64,000 nt of DNA from Oceanispirochaeta sp. (GTDB taxonomy: Bacteria > Spirochaetota > Spirochaetia > DSM-2461): assembly GCA_963666275.2 (NCBI GenBank), contig CAXXOA010000001.1:288001-352000 (forward strand), read 5' to 3'. The translations under genes were made by a program, and so were the position numbers. Below are positions 44,733-54,633 of this stretch, piece after piece (position 1 is the first letter of the stretch; every line of letters starts with the position of its first letter). The notes below the pieces were generated by a model. The model had not been told where the DNA came from. It did not search any database and worked only from the letters and a program-made list of their open reading frames with translations.

Positions 44733-45854
44733 TTAGTCCAGGCGTTTCCCTTTCATCCTCTCCCAGGCCGCGGTGGTGGTTATCAGTATAAAAACCCCCA
44801 GGGCTATGACCTGCCGGGGGAGTTCTGTCAGAGTGGCACCGCGGAGTACGATTCCCCGCATGAGCTCTATGAAGTGGGTTGCCGGAAGGAGCTGGGAGAG
44901 GATACGGGCAATCCGGGGCATTCCTTCATAGGGAAAGACGAATCCAGACAGGAGGATTGACGGGAGCAGGATGAATATTGTGACCTGTACCGCCTGGAAC
45001 TGGGTTCTGGCAAAAGAGGAGATCAGGAGCCCCATAGACAGGGTGGCGGTTATGAACATGATCACAGCACCGGCAATATCTATAAATCTGCCGTTTATGG
45101 GCAGCCGGAATACAAGGATTCCCAGGATAAATACCAGGAAGGTCTGGAACAGGCCGATTCCCACATAGGGTATCAGTTTTCCCAGGATAATCTCTCCAGC
45201 CGAGATGGGGGTGGTGATAAGCATTTCCATGCTGCCGTGTTCCCTCTCCCGTACAAGAGCTATGGCTGTAAAGAGGGTCAGTGTCATGGTCAGGATGATG
45301 CCCACCAGCCCAGGGATCACATCCACGGCGGTGCGCTGCTCCGGGTTATACAGAGGAATTATCTGTATACTCTGCTTTTCATGGGCTTCTGCATTAATAG
45401 CATGTTCAGTTTCAATGCCCCCAGCGGGAGTATAGAGGGGGTAGGCTGCGAGACTTTTCACGGCTCCTGTTACGATGCTGCTGCTCCCGTCAGCCAAAAT
45501 CTGAAATGCCGGGCGGCTGTCCTGCAGCCGGGATGTCAGGTCAGGGGGCAGAAGGATTCCCACTCTGACTCTGCCGCTGCGGATCAAATCCCCCAGTTCC
45601 CGGGGGGAGGCGGCCTGCACTGTGAGATCCAGGACCTGGGACTGTCTGATATCTTCCAGAATCAGCCTTGAAATCTGGGTTTCCGACTGGTCGCACCAGG
45701 CGGCGGGGATATGGCGGACATTGTAGTTTATGGCATAACCGAAAAGGAGCAGCTGCATCACGGGAATGCCGAATACCATTGCTGCGGTCAGCCGGTCCCG
45801 GCGGAGCTGCTTCAGCTCTTTTCGGATCATGGCATCAATTTTAGACCATCTCAT
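44733..45854 (-). CDS. ABC-2 type exporter permease (YbhS/R-like)
   Basis: KE..QL.RD, LFGYA, RERE.G.ME.L..TP, LLSGF.FP. Confidence 0.92.
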   Translation of the reverse strand: MRWSKIDAMIRKELKQLRRDRLTAAMVFGIPVMQLLLFGYAINYNVRHIPAAWCDQSETQISRLILEDIRQSQVLDLTVQAASPRELGDLIRSGRVRVGILLPPDLTSRLQDSRPAFQILADGSSSIVTGAVKSLAAYPLYTPAGGIETEHAINAEAHEKQSIQIIPLYNPEQRTAVDVIPGLVGIILTMTLTLFTAIALVREREHGSMEMLITTPISAGEIILGKLIPYVGIGLFQTFLVFILGILVFRLPINGRFIDIAGAVIMFITATLSMGLLISSFARTQFQAVQVTIFILLPSILLSGFVFPYEGMPRIARILSQLLPATHFIELMRGIVLRGATLTELPRQVIALGVFILITTTAAWERMKGKRLD

Positions 45855-46786
45855 CTGACTGTAGCCCTCACAAAGACATCTTCCAGATTGGGATAGGTCC
45901 GTTCCAGGGGGATCTCTTTCATAAAGGGAAAACTTTTTCGAAGCCAGGCGGACAGGTCCTTTTCCTCTGATTGAAGATCCTTATCCACCATTATTCTGAG
46001 ACTGTTTCCGATTTGGGTACATCCGGGAATATGGGGATCCGCAACCAGGGCTTCCCGCCATCTTATCAATTCTCTGGAAGAGCCTTTCATCAGGTACACC
46101 TCAGCATGAAGACTCTCCATCAGCCCTTCCGGTTCTCCTGTGGCACTCAGTTTTCCCTCCTGAAGGATCGCTATCCTGTGACAGCGTTCGGCTTCATCCA
46201 TATAGTGGGTAGAGACCAGGATGGACATGCCTCTCCCTATCAGTTCGAAAAGATACTCCCAGAACTCCCTGCGGCTTTCGGGATCCACAGCGCTGGTGGG
46301 TTCATCCAGGATCAGAAGATCCGGGTTATGTATGATGGAACCTGCCAGAGCCAGCCGCTGTTTCTGGCCGCCGCTCATGGTGCCTGCCAGCTGATCCTGT
46401 CTGTCCTCAAGGCGGAACAGAGTCAGAAGTTCTTTTATTCGGGACTGCCTGTCCCTGCGGGGGACACTCTGGATTTCCGCCAGGAACTGAAGGTTCTCCC
46501 GGACACTGAGGTCCTCATAGAGGGAGAACTTCTGGGTCATGTATCCCAGATGATTCTTCAGTTCCTCCGCCTTCTCGGGAATCGCATATCCCAGGGCTTC
46601 CACGTGACCCGAAGTAGGGGTGAGGAGTCCGCAGATGAGGCGGATCGTGGTGGATTTTCCGCTGCCGTTGGGCCCCAGAAACCCATATATCTCTCCCGGG
46701 GGTATCTTCATGGAGAGTTTGTCTACAGCTATAAGCTCACCGAATTTTCTGGTGAGCTCTTCTGTCCGGACGACCCAGTTCTTCAT
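45851..46786 (-). CDS. ABC exporter ATP-binding protein
   Basis: GPNGSGKST, SGGQKQR, LDEPT, THYMDEA. Confidence 0.95.
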   Translation of the reverse strand: MKNWVVRTEELTRKFGELIAVDKLSMKIPPGEIYGFLGPNGSGKSTTIRLICGLLTPTSGHVEALGYAIPEKAEELKNHLGYMTQKFSLYEDLSVRENLQFLAEIQSVPRRDRQSRIKELLTLFRLEDRQDQLAGTMSGGQKQRLALAGSIIHNPDLLILDEPTSAVDPESRREFWEYLFELIGRGMSILVSTHYMDEAERCHRIAILQEGKLSATGEPEGLMESLHAEVYLMKGSSRELIRWREALVADPHIPGCTQIGNSLRIMVDKDLQSEEKDLSAWLRKSFPFMKEIPLERTYPNLEDVFVRATVR

Positions 46787-47766
46787 GGCTTTCCTTCCAG
46801 GGGGACTCTGACAGGAGTCCCCGGGGCAAGGTGTGCCGCGTCGGGGTCTCTGATATCAATGATCGCAAGATAGCTCAAATGGCCCCGGTCACTCTGGTTC
46901 AGGGCAAAATACGGTGTGTAGACGGGGGCAGAGGATAGGCGTCTGAGAGTTCCCTGAAAAGTTTTGTCATTGCCGTCTATCTGAAGGGGAAGTTCCATTC
47001 CTATTGTAACGCTGCTGATCTGCTCCTCGGGAATGTACACCCTGGCATAGGGGATCTCTCCTGTGAGAAGAACAGCCAGAGTTTGCCCGCTTAAGGGAGT
47101 GGCTCCCTTTTTCAGAGGGAGACTGTCGACGACTCCCTCTTCCGGTGCTTTCAAAGTCAGATCATCCAGAGCCAGAGCGGCAAGAGTTTCCCGGGCCTCC
47201 GCTGCTTCCAGGGCAGCTTCGGCCATTTTCAGATCTTCCGGGCGGCTCCCTTCTACAAGAAGGTTCAGGCGGGCTTTCAGTTCATTCCTGCTGCCCAGTG
47301 CCTGGATCCAGAGGGATTCGGCGGCATCTTTATCAGCGGTACTGCTAAAGTTCTGCTGGTTCAGTTTTTTAAGCCGCTCCAGATTCCGTTCCCTCTCTAT
47401 CAGGATTCCTTCGGCGGCCTCCAGGAGGGCTTTTACCTGGTTTATCTCCTCCGGGCGGGTGCCGTTGCGGACTTTTTCCAGAGCGGCTTCCGCATTCATC
47501 CTGTCGGCCCGGGCGGACTGAAGGTTTGCCTCACTGCGGGCTGTATCCAGCTGAAGGAGGATCTGCCCCTGACGGACCTGTTCACCTTCTGATACAAAAA
47601 TCTCACCAATCTGTTCCATCGCCTTTGCAGGGAGCTCTATCCGGTCTCTTTCCAGTATCCCCGATGCCAGAGGCATGGACTCTCTCTGACTCCGGATGAC
47701 AGTGAATGTGACAAGGCCTCCCAGCAATAATGGGATCAGTACGCGGGGTATCATTCTTCGATTCAT
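46783..47766 (-). CDS. HlyD-family membrane fusion protein (YbhG-like)
   Basis: N-terminal TM, V.EG..V..GQ.L, G.RPE repeats, AP..G.V; start overlaps the marR stop. Confidence 0.88.
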   Translation of the reverse strand: MNRRMIPRVLIPLLLGGLVTFTVIRSQRESMPLASGILERDRIELPAKAMEQIGEIFVSEGEQVRQGQILLQLDTARSEANLQSARADRMNAEAALEKVRNGTRPEEINQVKALLEAAEGILIERERNLERLKKLNQQNFSSTADKDAAESLWIQALGSRNELKARLNLLVEGSRPEDLKMAEAALEAAEARETLAALALDDLTLKAPEEGVVDSLPLKKGATPLSGQTLAVLLTGEIPYARVYIPEEQISSVTIGMELPLQIDGNDKTFQGTLRRLSSAPVYTPYFALNQSDRGHLSYLAIIDIRDPDAAHLAPGTPVRVPLEGKP

Positions 47767-48233
47767 GCATCCTCCGGAAGCTGTACAGGAGTCGGGGGAA
47801 TGGTGGAGTCTCCCAGAATTTCCGATTCCAGGCGGATCACAATTTGTTTCAGCATGTTCATGGTTTTTTCCAGTTCCGGGAGGGGGACATCTCTGGCTAC
47901 CATACGGAACCACTCTCTGTTCAGCTTCAGGATCTCCACAGACAGTTCCTGACCTTTCTGTGAAAGGGAAATATAGTTGGCTCTTCTGTCCCGGGGATCA
48001 TTCTCTTTCTGAACGTATTCCAGTTCCAGGAGTTTCCGGATGCTCCGGGTGGTCAGGGCAGGGTCCACCCGGAGCAGATGGCTGAGCTGTTTCTGTGTGA
48101 GTTTTTTATGCTGGATGATTTCAAGCATAAAGGGGAAGAGACTGCTTGTGAGGCCCAGGGGCTTCAGGTGCCTGTTCAGAAACTCCTGACGGGCTGTGAT
48201 CATTCGGTTGATCAGGTAGTTGATGTTCTCCAT
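47763..48233 (-). CDS. MarR-family regulator
   Basis: L...GLT, TQ..L, TR.I..L, D.RDRR. Confidence 0.9.
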   Translation of the reverse strand: MENINYLINRMITARQEFLNRHLKPLGLTSSLFPFMLEIIQHKKLTQKQLSHLLRVDPALTTRSIRKLLELEYVQKENDPRDRRANYISLSQKGQELSVEILKLNREWFRMVARDVPLPELEKTMNMLKQIVIRLESEILGDSTIPPTPVQLPEDA

Positions 48234-48240
48234 AATTGTA

Positions 48241-48295
48241 ATCTTAGGATTAATCGATTGACGTGTCAAATGATAGATCAATTGATTTGTCAAAT
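48241..48295 (-). promoter_or_regulatory. marR promoter with two MarR-type operators
   Basis: TTGACA(48269-48264)-N17-TAAGAT(48246-48241); boxes ATTGACGTGTCAAAT(48257-48271) and ATTGATTTGTCAAAT(48281-48295). Confidence 0.75.
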
Positions 48296-48352
48296 ATATT
48301 GCAAAAGTATATTTTTTCTGATGAGGAATCCTGAAAAGATGGGTAAGAGCGT

Positions 48353-49621
48353 TTATTTCCCGTGACAGTTCTTGTACTTTTTCCCGCTCAGACAGGGACA
48401 AAGATCATTACGGGAAAGCGTTCCTGCCACTTCGGGGGGAATTGTAAAAAATCTTTTGTACAGTGAGGCATGCTGCCGCTGCTGCAGGGCCCGGGCCATA
48501 GCGGCATAGACAGGCATGGTTGTCTTGTAATAGTATTTATACCCCTCGCAGAGCCAGTTGAGCTTTCCGGTGGGTTTCTGCACAAGGCGGTTTTTGGGGC
48601 AGCCTCCGTAACAGAGTCCCAGGTAGGGACAGTTTCTGCATTCCCCGGGCAGGGTTTCGAACTTGTCCTTTCCGAACCGAATCTGCTTTTCGCTTCCCGC
48701 CATATCTGCCAGAGGGGTTGAAATATTTCCCAGAAAGTTTTCGGGAGTGACAAAATGGTCGCAGCTGTAAACGTTCCCGTTGTGTTCAATGGCCAGGGCC
48801 TTTCCGCAGTATCTGCTATGGACACACAGAGAGGCTGGCTGCCCCATGTACTGCCCCAGGGTCAGGTCGAAGTGCTGGACAAAGACCCTTCCGATATCTT
48901 CTCTCAGCCATCTCTGGAACACGGCAACAAGGAACTTTCCCCACTGCAGGGGAGACACGGATCGTTCCCCGGCAATTCTGCTGCCTTCCCCGTAGTGGGG
49001 CTCCACAATGGGGATGAACTGGATATAGCCGGAGCCGCTCTCTTTAAGAAACTCATAGACTTCCACGGGATGGAAGGAGTTGTCATTCTGCACCACCGTA
49101 AGGGTGTTGAAATCCACATTGTGCTTTTTGAGATTCTCCATCCCCGCCATAACCCGGGAGAAGCTTCCTTTTCCGCTCCGGTCCAGACGGTATTTGTTGT
49201 GGAGCTTTTCCGGTCCGTCCACACTGATTCCCACAAGAAAGTTATTCTCTTTGAAAAATTTTGCCATCTCATCGGTGATCAGGGTTCCGTTGGTCTGAAT
49301 GCTGTTCCGGATTGTTATATTGCGGGAGTTATGCTTTTTCTGCAATCGCAGAACATCCCTGAAAAAATCTATGCCCAGCAGGGTCGGTTCTCCTCCCTGC
49401 CAGCCGAATACCACCTCGGGAGTTCCCTCCGGCTGGGTCTGGATATACTCCCGGATATAGTCTTCTCTCACCCGGGGAGACATGATGAACTCTTTTTTTC
49501 TGTCGTGGGGGAAGAGCTGTTCCTTTGTCAGATAGAAACAGTAGGCGCAGTGGAGATTGCAGAGAGGACCTATGGGTTTTGTGATCATATTAAAGGGATA
49601 ATCAGTCTGTTTTGTCTGCAT
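48353..49621 (-). CDS. Anaerobic sulfatase-maturating radical SAM enzyme (SPASM + C-terminal SEC-C)
   Basis: KP.GP.CNLHCAYCFY, WQGGEP, SPASM Cys motifs, RND.CPC.SGKKYK.CHG. Confidence 0.93.
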   Translation of the reverse strand: MQTKQTDYPFNMITKPIGPLCNLHCAYCFYLTKEQLFPHDRKKEFIMSPRVREDYIREYIQTQPEGTPEVVFGWQGGEPTLLGIDFFRDVLRLQKKHNSRNITIRNSIQTNGTLITDEMAKFFKENNFLVGISVDGPEKLHNKYRLDRSGKGSFSRVMAGMENLKKHNVDFNTLTVVQNDNSFHPVEVYEFLKESGSGYIQFIPIVEPHYGEGSRIAGERSVSPLQWGKFLVAVFQRWLREDIGRVFVQHFDLTLGQYMGQPASLCVHSRYCGKALAIEHNGNVYSCDHFVTPENFLGNISTPLADMAGSEKQIRFGKDKFETLPGECRNCPYLGLCYGGCPKNRLVQKPTGKLNWLCEGYKYYYKTTMPVYAAMARALQQRQHASLYKRFFTIPPEVAGTLSRNDLCPCLSGKKYKNCHGK

Positions 49622-49727
49622 GGGGCCCTCCCTTGGCAGCAGTATTGTAGGGGAAGTTTACCGGAATAGTCAAACAGCTGCAGGCAGGATAGGAAAATCC
49701 TGTTGAAAAAAGCAGATCAGGAGAGTG

Positions 49728-49769
49728 AAAAACCTTATCCCCTTAACCAGAGAGCCACAGGGGATAAGG
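49728..49769 (-). terminator. Terminator-like hairpin after the sulfatase gene
   Basis: CCTTATCCCCT..AGGGGATAAGG plus A5. Confidence 0.6.
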
Positions 49770-49839
49770 CGGTCATAATTTTATACAGATTTCATCCGGA
49801 GATGACCGGTAAAATTCATTTTTTAAATAAAAAGTCTGA

Positions 49840-51357
49840 TTAAAGTGCAAACCGTTCAAACATCTCTACAGGAGCATCATGATCTTTCATGATTTCCGAC
49901 AGGCGATTAAGCAGCCGCTCTTCCACCTGGGGATTGCTGATCGGGTTGGATTCGGTCGGATCATTAAGCAGATCAAACAGTCTTGTCTCCATATCCTGAA
50001 ATCCCTGAGCATCGTGGTTGGGAACCCTCTTCGAGTCATCCCGGCCCTTGATCTTCATCACAGGCATGCCCTTGGTGAAATTGAATCCCTGGTGCAGTTC
50101 GGTATTCCTCATCTCTTTTACGCTGAACTGTCCCCGCATATGGCAGGGATGGATTCTATATTCATAGAGCCCGGTGCTGTCCAGGTGTTTCGGAGTGTAG
50201 TGATAGGCGTAACGGCCGTCGGTTATCAGAACCTGACCGCCCAAAACTCCGGTACACACAACTCGTTCATTGTCGCTGTCTTCCTTCATAAGCGGCATTA
50301 GAGACCGGCCCTGAACCTCTTCGGGGATTTCGCAACCGTACCATTCCAGTATTGTAGGCATCAGATCAATCACTGAAGTGGTGGCAGTTCTTCTCTGTCC
50401 TGCCAGATTATTATAGTCCGGATGGTAAACCATAAGAGGAATATGGGATATCTCCTGATAATTGGGCATAATAACCTTGGCCCACCAGTCATGCTCACTC
50501 AGCAGAAAGCCATGGTCCGTAGACACGATGAGGGCTGTATCCTTCCACAGGTCCTCTTCATCCATCCTGTCCAGCAGGCGTCCCAGCTGATCGTCACAGT
50601 AGGCCACCAGAGCTGAATAGTTCCGCCTTATGTAGTCAATCTCTTCAGGACTTTCTACTGGATGGGAGTAGTTGGGCCAGTTCATGACAGTTTCTTTGTG
50701 CAGATGGAAGGCTTCCTTGTATTCCGGGGGAACATCAAAGGGCTCATGGGGATCAAAGCACTCCAGCTGGAAAAACCAGTTATCCGCACTGCGGTTGATA
50801 TCGAGGAATTCCAGAGCCGAATCGAAACAGCGGGTCATGGGAAAATCCTCATTACTTTTCATCCGGAAGCATTTATTTTTGGCATACTGCAGTTTGTGAC
50901 CGCTCCGGGCACCGTCTTCAAAGTTGAACTGCCGGGGATCGTACTGCCTTTTCAGAGCTTCCATATCGGGCTGTACATAGGGAATCCAGGGATCGTACTC
51001 CTGGCCTCTGTGAAATTCCCAGGTATTGAAGTTGCTGCAGTAGTTGGCACCGCCGTCTTCAAAGTAGTGGACATGGTCGGTCACTATATGGCTGGAGGTA
51101 TTTTTTTCATCCCTCAGGATCCGGGGCAGAGAGTTGTCATAGGGCTCCATAGGACCCCAGGAGCTGTGGAAAAAGTTGTACCTTCCGGTCTGCTGGTCCC
51201 GTCTGGCAGGCATACAGGGCATACTGCCGGCGTAGTGGTTCTCAAAGGTCACCGACTTTTTCTGGAGTCTGTCGAAGTTGGGAGTCCGCAGAGAACCGCC
51301 GTAGGCGCTCAGAGCTTTTCTGTTTAATGAATCAAATAGGAGAAATATAGTTTTCAT
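49840..51357 (-). CDS. Cys-type formylglycine sulfatase, cytoplasmic
   Basis: DSL, CMPAR (CxPxR), DPHEP, TDHG, LFDL..DP.E; no signal peptide. Confidence 0.92.
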   Translation of the reverse strand: MKTIFLLFDSLNRKALSAYGGSLRTPNFDRLQKKSVTFENHYAGSMPCMPARRDQQTGRYNFFHSSWGPMEPYDNSLPRILRDEKNTSSHIVTDHVHYFEDGGANYCSNFNTWEFHRGQEYDPWIPYVQPDMEALKRQYDPRQFNFEDGARSGHKLQYAKNKCFRMKSNEDFPMTRCFDSALEFLDINRSADNWFFQLECFDPHEPFDVPPEYKEAFHLHKETVMNWPNYSHPVESPEEIDYIRRNYSALVAYCDDQLGRLLDRMDEEDLWKDTALIVSTDHGFLLSEHDWWAKVIMPNYQEISHIPLMVYHPDYNNLAGQRRTATTSVIDLMPTILEWYGCEIPEEVQGRSLMPLMKEDSDNERVVCTGVLGGQVLITDGRYAYHYTPKHLDSTGLYEYRIHPCHMRGQFSVKEMRNTELHQGFNFTKGMPVMKIKGRDDSKRVPNHDAQGFQDMETRLFDLLNDPTESNPISNPQVEERLLNRLSEIMKDHDAPVEMFERFAL

Positions 51358-51369
51358 CTGATGTTTTCC

Positions 51370-52878
51370 TCAACTCTTTTCGGGTATTCTCTTCAGGGTT
51401 CTGAAAATCCTTTTAAAGGGAACCAGAGTGACAATCAATAGAATCATATTGATAGTAATGATCGAAACAGTGATGGGTCTGGTAAAGAAGATGGATGCCT
51501 TCTCACCTGACATGATTAATGATCTTCTGAAGTTCTCTTCCATGATAGGCCCCAGTACATTGGCAATCACAAAAGGAGACAGGGGATAGTCAAACTTCTG
51601 AAGGATGAAGGCTGCCACGCCGAAGACCAGAGTAATCCACAGGTCGTTGATGGAGGTTTCCATTCCATAGGATCCTACGGCACACAGAACTAGAATCACC
51701 GGAATCAGATACTTTTTCTTTACATTCAGAACCTTCACAAACAGAGGCAGACAGAGGAGCCCGATGATCAGAAGGAAGATATTGGAGCTGATATAGGCAA
51801 GAAAGATTCCTCCTACCAGATCCTGATTTTCCACGAACAGACGGGGACCGGGGATGTATCCCAGAAGCATCAGAGCCGCCAGAAGCATGGCCGAGCTGGG
51901 GTCTCCGGGCAGGGCCAGAGTCAGAGAGGGAATCAGGGTTCCGTCGCAGCAGGCATTATTGGCTGATTCAGTGGCAATCACGCCGTCGGGAATTCCCGTA
52001 CCGAATTTTTCCGAGTGACGGGAACTGTTCTTGGCTACCGCATAGGATACAAAGCTGGCAATGACCGTTCCCGCGCCCGGAAGGGCTCCAATAAAGGTTC
52101 CCAGAGAGCTCGATCGGAGAAGGTTCCACCACTGTCTGAAATTTTCCGTTATGGAACGCAGGGGCGGGAGGAATGCCTTCAGATGGGGGCTGGTATCAAA
52201 ATCCCCCTGTTCCACCTGGGAGAACATTTCGCTTATGGCAAAAAGCCCTATGACCATCGCCACTATCCCGATGCCGCCGGCCAGAGCCAGGGATCCGAAG
52301 GTAAAGCGGAAGTTGCTCATAAAGGGATCCATTCCTATGGTGGAAAGGAGCAGTCCCAGTACTCCGGTCATAAGCCCTTTCACAGTCGATTCCTTCGAAA
52401 CCACCGCAATACAGACCACACCTGTCAATGCCAGGGCAAAGTATTCGGGGGGAGCGAATCTGAGTGCTACTTTTGCCAGCAGGGGAGAGAAGAAAATCAG
52501 GTAGAATCCGCCGATGATACCGCCTATGGCCGATGTTGTAATGGCAAGGCTGACAGCAAAGGGCGCCTGTCCCTTCTGAGCCAGGGGATACCCGTCAAGC
52601 AGGGTTGCCGCTGCAATAGGAGTTCCGGGAATTCTCAGGAGAATCGCCGATATGGCTCCGCCGGCTGTCCCTCCTACAAAAATTCCTATTAATAATCCCA
52701 TTCCTGTGTAGGGATTCATATTCATAGCTAATGGTGTCAGCAGGGTTAGACCGAGAAGGGGGCCGAGTCCCGGAAGAATTCCGATAATGATACCCATAAA
52801 AACGCCGAAACCTGTTAAAAGCAGTTGAGAGAATCCGAAATAGAGAGGAGCTCCTGCTAATAATATTTCTGATAACAT
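51370..52878 (-). CDS. tctA: Tripartite tricarboxylate transporter large subunit TctA
   Basis: G.LPGLG, GG.I.AIL..IPG.P, DGYP, ESANNA, P.L.L.LPG. Confidence 0.93.
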   Translation of the reverse strand: MLSEILLAGAPLYFGFSQLLLTGFGVFMGIIIGILPGLGPLLGLTLLTPLAMNMNPYTGMGLLIGIFVGGTAGGAISAILLRIPGTPIAAATLLDGYPLAQKGQAPFAVSLAITTSAIGGIIGGFYLIFFSPLLAKVALRFAPPEYFALALTGVVCIAVVSKESTVKGLMTGVLGLLLSTIGMDPFMSNFRFTFGSLALAGGIGIVAMVIGLFAISEMFSQVEQGDFDTSPHLKAFLPPLRSITENFRQWWNLLRSSSLGTFIGALPGAGTVIASFVSYAVAKNSSRHSEKFGTGIPDGVIATESANNACCDGTLIPSLTLALPGDPSSAMLLAALMLLGYIPGPRLFVENQDLVGGIFLAYISSNIFLLIIGLLCLPLFVKVLNVKKKYLIPVILVLCAVGSYGMETSINDLWITLVFGVAAFILQKFDYPLSPFVIANVLGPIMEENFRRSLIMSGEKASIFFTRPITVSIITINMILLIVTLVPFKRIFRTLKRIPEKS

Positions 52879-52888
52879 ACTTTGTTCC

Positions 52889-53398
52889 TTAAAAATACAG
52901 TCCGAATTTTCCGACAGGCAGTACCACTTTCAGGAGAACACCGAAAAGGTACCAGATAGCCAGTGTGGTTCCCAGTGAAAGAGGGATAAGCATCAGGACT
53001 TTTCTGAGCCCCAGAATGAGAAAGAATGCTGCCAGAGCCAGAGGAGTCGCCGCATAGAAGCCAAGATTGGCCAGTCCCAGAATATAAAGGACAAAAATAA
53101 TGAACATAGCGGCAGTCCGTTTTCTGCCGTCTGGCTCAAAGAGGTAGAATGAGTCTTCAGATTCTTTTCTGCCGTTTTTGTATGTATCGATAATGACGCC
53201 GGCGATTTTTGTTACTGCCAGAAGCAGCAGCAGAATGGAAAGGATTCTGGGAAAGAGTGCCGCATTCTGCTCTCCTCCGCCTGTATGCATCTCTTTCTCT
53301 ACAAATTTTGTACCTATTTCGTGCAGGGCCACTATGGCTGGTATCATGAAGCAGAAGGCCACAGCCAGTTCGGATTTAGATTTTCGGGATAATTTCAT
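52889..53398 (-). CDS. tctB: Tripartite tricarboxylate transporter small subunit TctB
   Basis: 4 TM, FP, LGF..A, F...L.V.LP.G. Confidence 0.88.
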   Translation of the reverse strand: MKLSRKSKSELAVAFCFMIPAIVALHEIGTKFVEKEMHTGGGEQNAALFPRILSILLLLLAVTKIAGVIIDTYKNGRKESEDSFYLFEPDGRKRTAAMFIIFVLYILGLANLGFYAATPLALAAFFLILGLRKVLMLIPLSLGTTLAIWYLFGVLLKVVLPVGKFGLYF

Positions 53399-53415
53399 AA
53401 TTCACCGTATCCTGT

Positions 53416-53459
53416 AAAAAAAAGACACACTGCCGATCATGCCTGATCAGCAGCGTGTC
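53416..53459 (-). terminator. Terminator/attenuating hairpin between tctC and tctB
   Basis: GACAC..GATCA-TGCC-TGATC..GTGTC plus A8. Confidence 0.65.
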
Positions 53460-53471
53460 ATTTTAACGTTA

Positions 53472-54476
53472 TTAGTTGTATTTTTTAATTTCTGATTTTT
53501 CCCACTCGATCGCATCGATGGCAGATTCGAGCTGCTGGGTCATCAGTGAGCACTGCTCAGCATAGTTGTCGGGATTGTATACATCTGTAGGCATAACAAG
53601 GTATCCCATCTCGGCCAGTTTCGCCTGAACCGCCTGGTTGTCCAGAGTTTTCTTCAGAGCTTCCCGGAGAACAGTTACAACCGTATCAGGAGTATCTTTG
53701 TGGACTACCCACCAGGTCCATCCAGTAGCTGCCAGTCCGTCCAGACCAATGGAGTAACCGAAATCTTTTACAAGAGGCTGGCCTTTGAAGGCAGGCTGGG
53801 GAAGGTCGCTGAGTACTGCCAGGATTCTGACTTCGTCTTTGTAGCTGTTGTAACCGCCGGAGTTCATGATATTGAAGTCCAGTTCTCCCGCCAGGAGGTC
53901 TTTGATTCCCACATTGGAGTCATTGTAGGGAATGTGACGTGTAACAGCACCGGTGTTTTTCAGCAGAGAGGCGGAAGACATGTGGGGCAGGGATACTTCC
54001 GGTCCGGCACTTTAGCTGAGTTCTCCCGGATTGGCTTTGGCATATTCAATCAGATCTTCCAGGTCCTGGAAGCGGTCGTCGTCTTTTCTGACAACAATGG
54101 TGAAGGCATTGGAGACAACACCGTAGAGGGGTTTGAAATCCTCATAGGTATAATCGGCTTTTCCAAAAAGGGGTGAGAGAATAAGAGGGGCTACATAACC
54201 GTCGAAAATGGTGTATCCGTCAGCAGGTTTGGACAGTACTGTCATGGCAGCTTTTACTCCGCCCGCACCGGTTGTTGAGGTTACGGTCATTGTTGTTCCC
54301 AGGTGTTCTGCCATTTCATTGGCTACGAACTGGGAGGCCGCATAGGTCGCGCCCGGATCCCAGGGGAAAATATTCTGAACTGGTCTGTTGGGGAAAGATT
54401 CGCCCTGACCGTTGGCAAATAGTGAGATGCTCATTACTGACATTGCCAGCAGGGCAAGTGCTTTTTTGAAGTGCAT
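53472..54476 (-). pseudogene. tctC: TctC solute-binding protein interrupted by an in-frame TAA (54012-54014)
   Basis: The two ORFs share a frame and join as NPGELS*SAGPEVSLPHM; FP.RPV, GAGG, PADGYT, HIPY, V...TP motifs. Confidence 0.85.
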
Positions 54477-54633
54477 AAAGACTCCTTTGAATTAATGTTT
54501 CCTTAAGATAAATAATCATGATTATTTTCTGGTGTGATTCCATTAAACAATCAGTTTGTTATATTGTCCAATACAATAAATCTTGCTTGTTATAGAAAAA
54601 ACTGATACCATGAAATCCGGAAAAAAACAAATC

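Noticed and set aside
54012..54014. Recoding (Sec/Pyl) or programmed frameshift in tctC
   Set aside because: The codon is TAA and both halves are in the same frame
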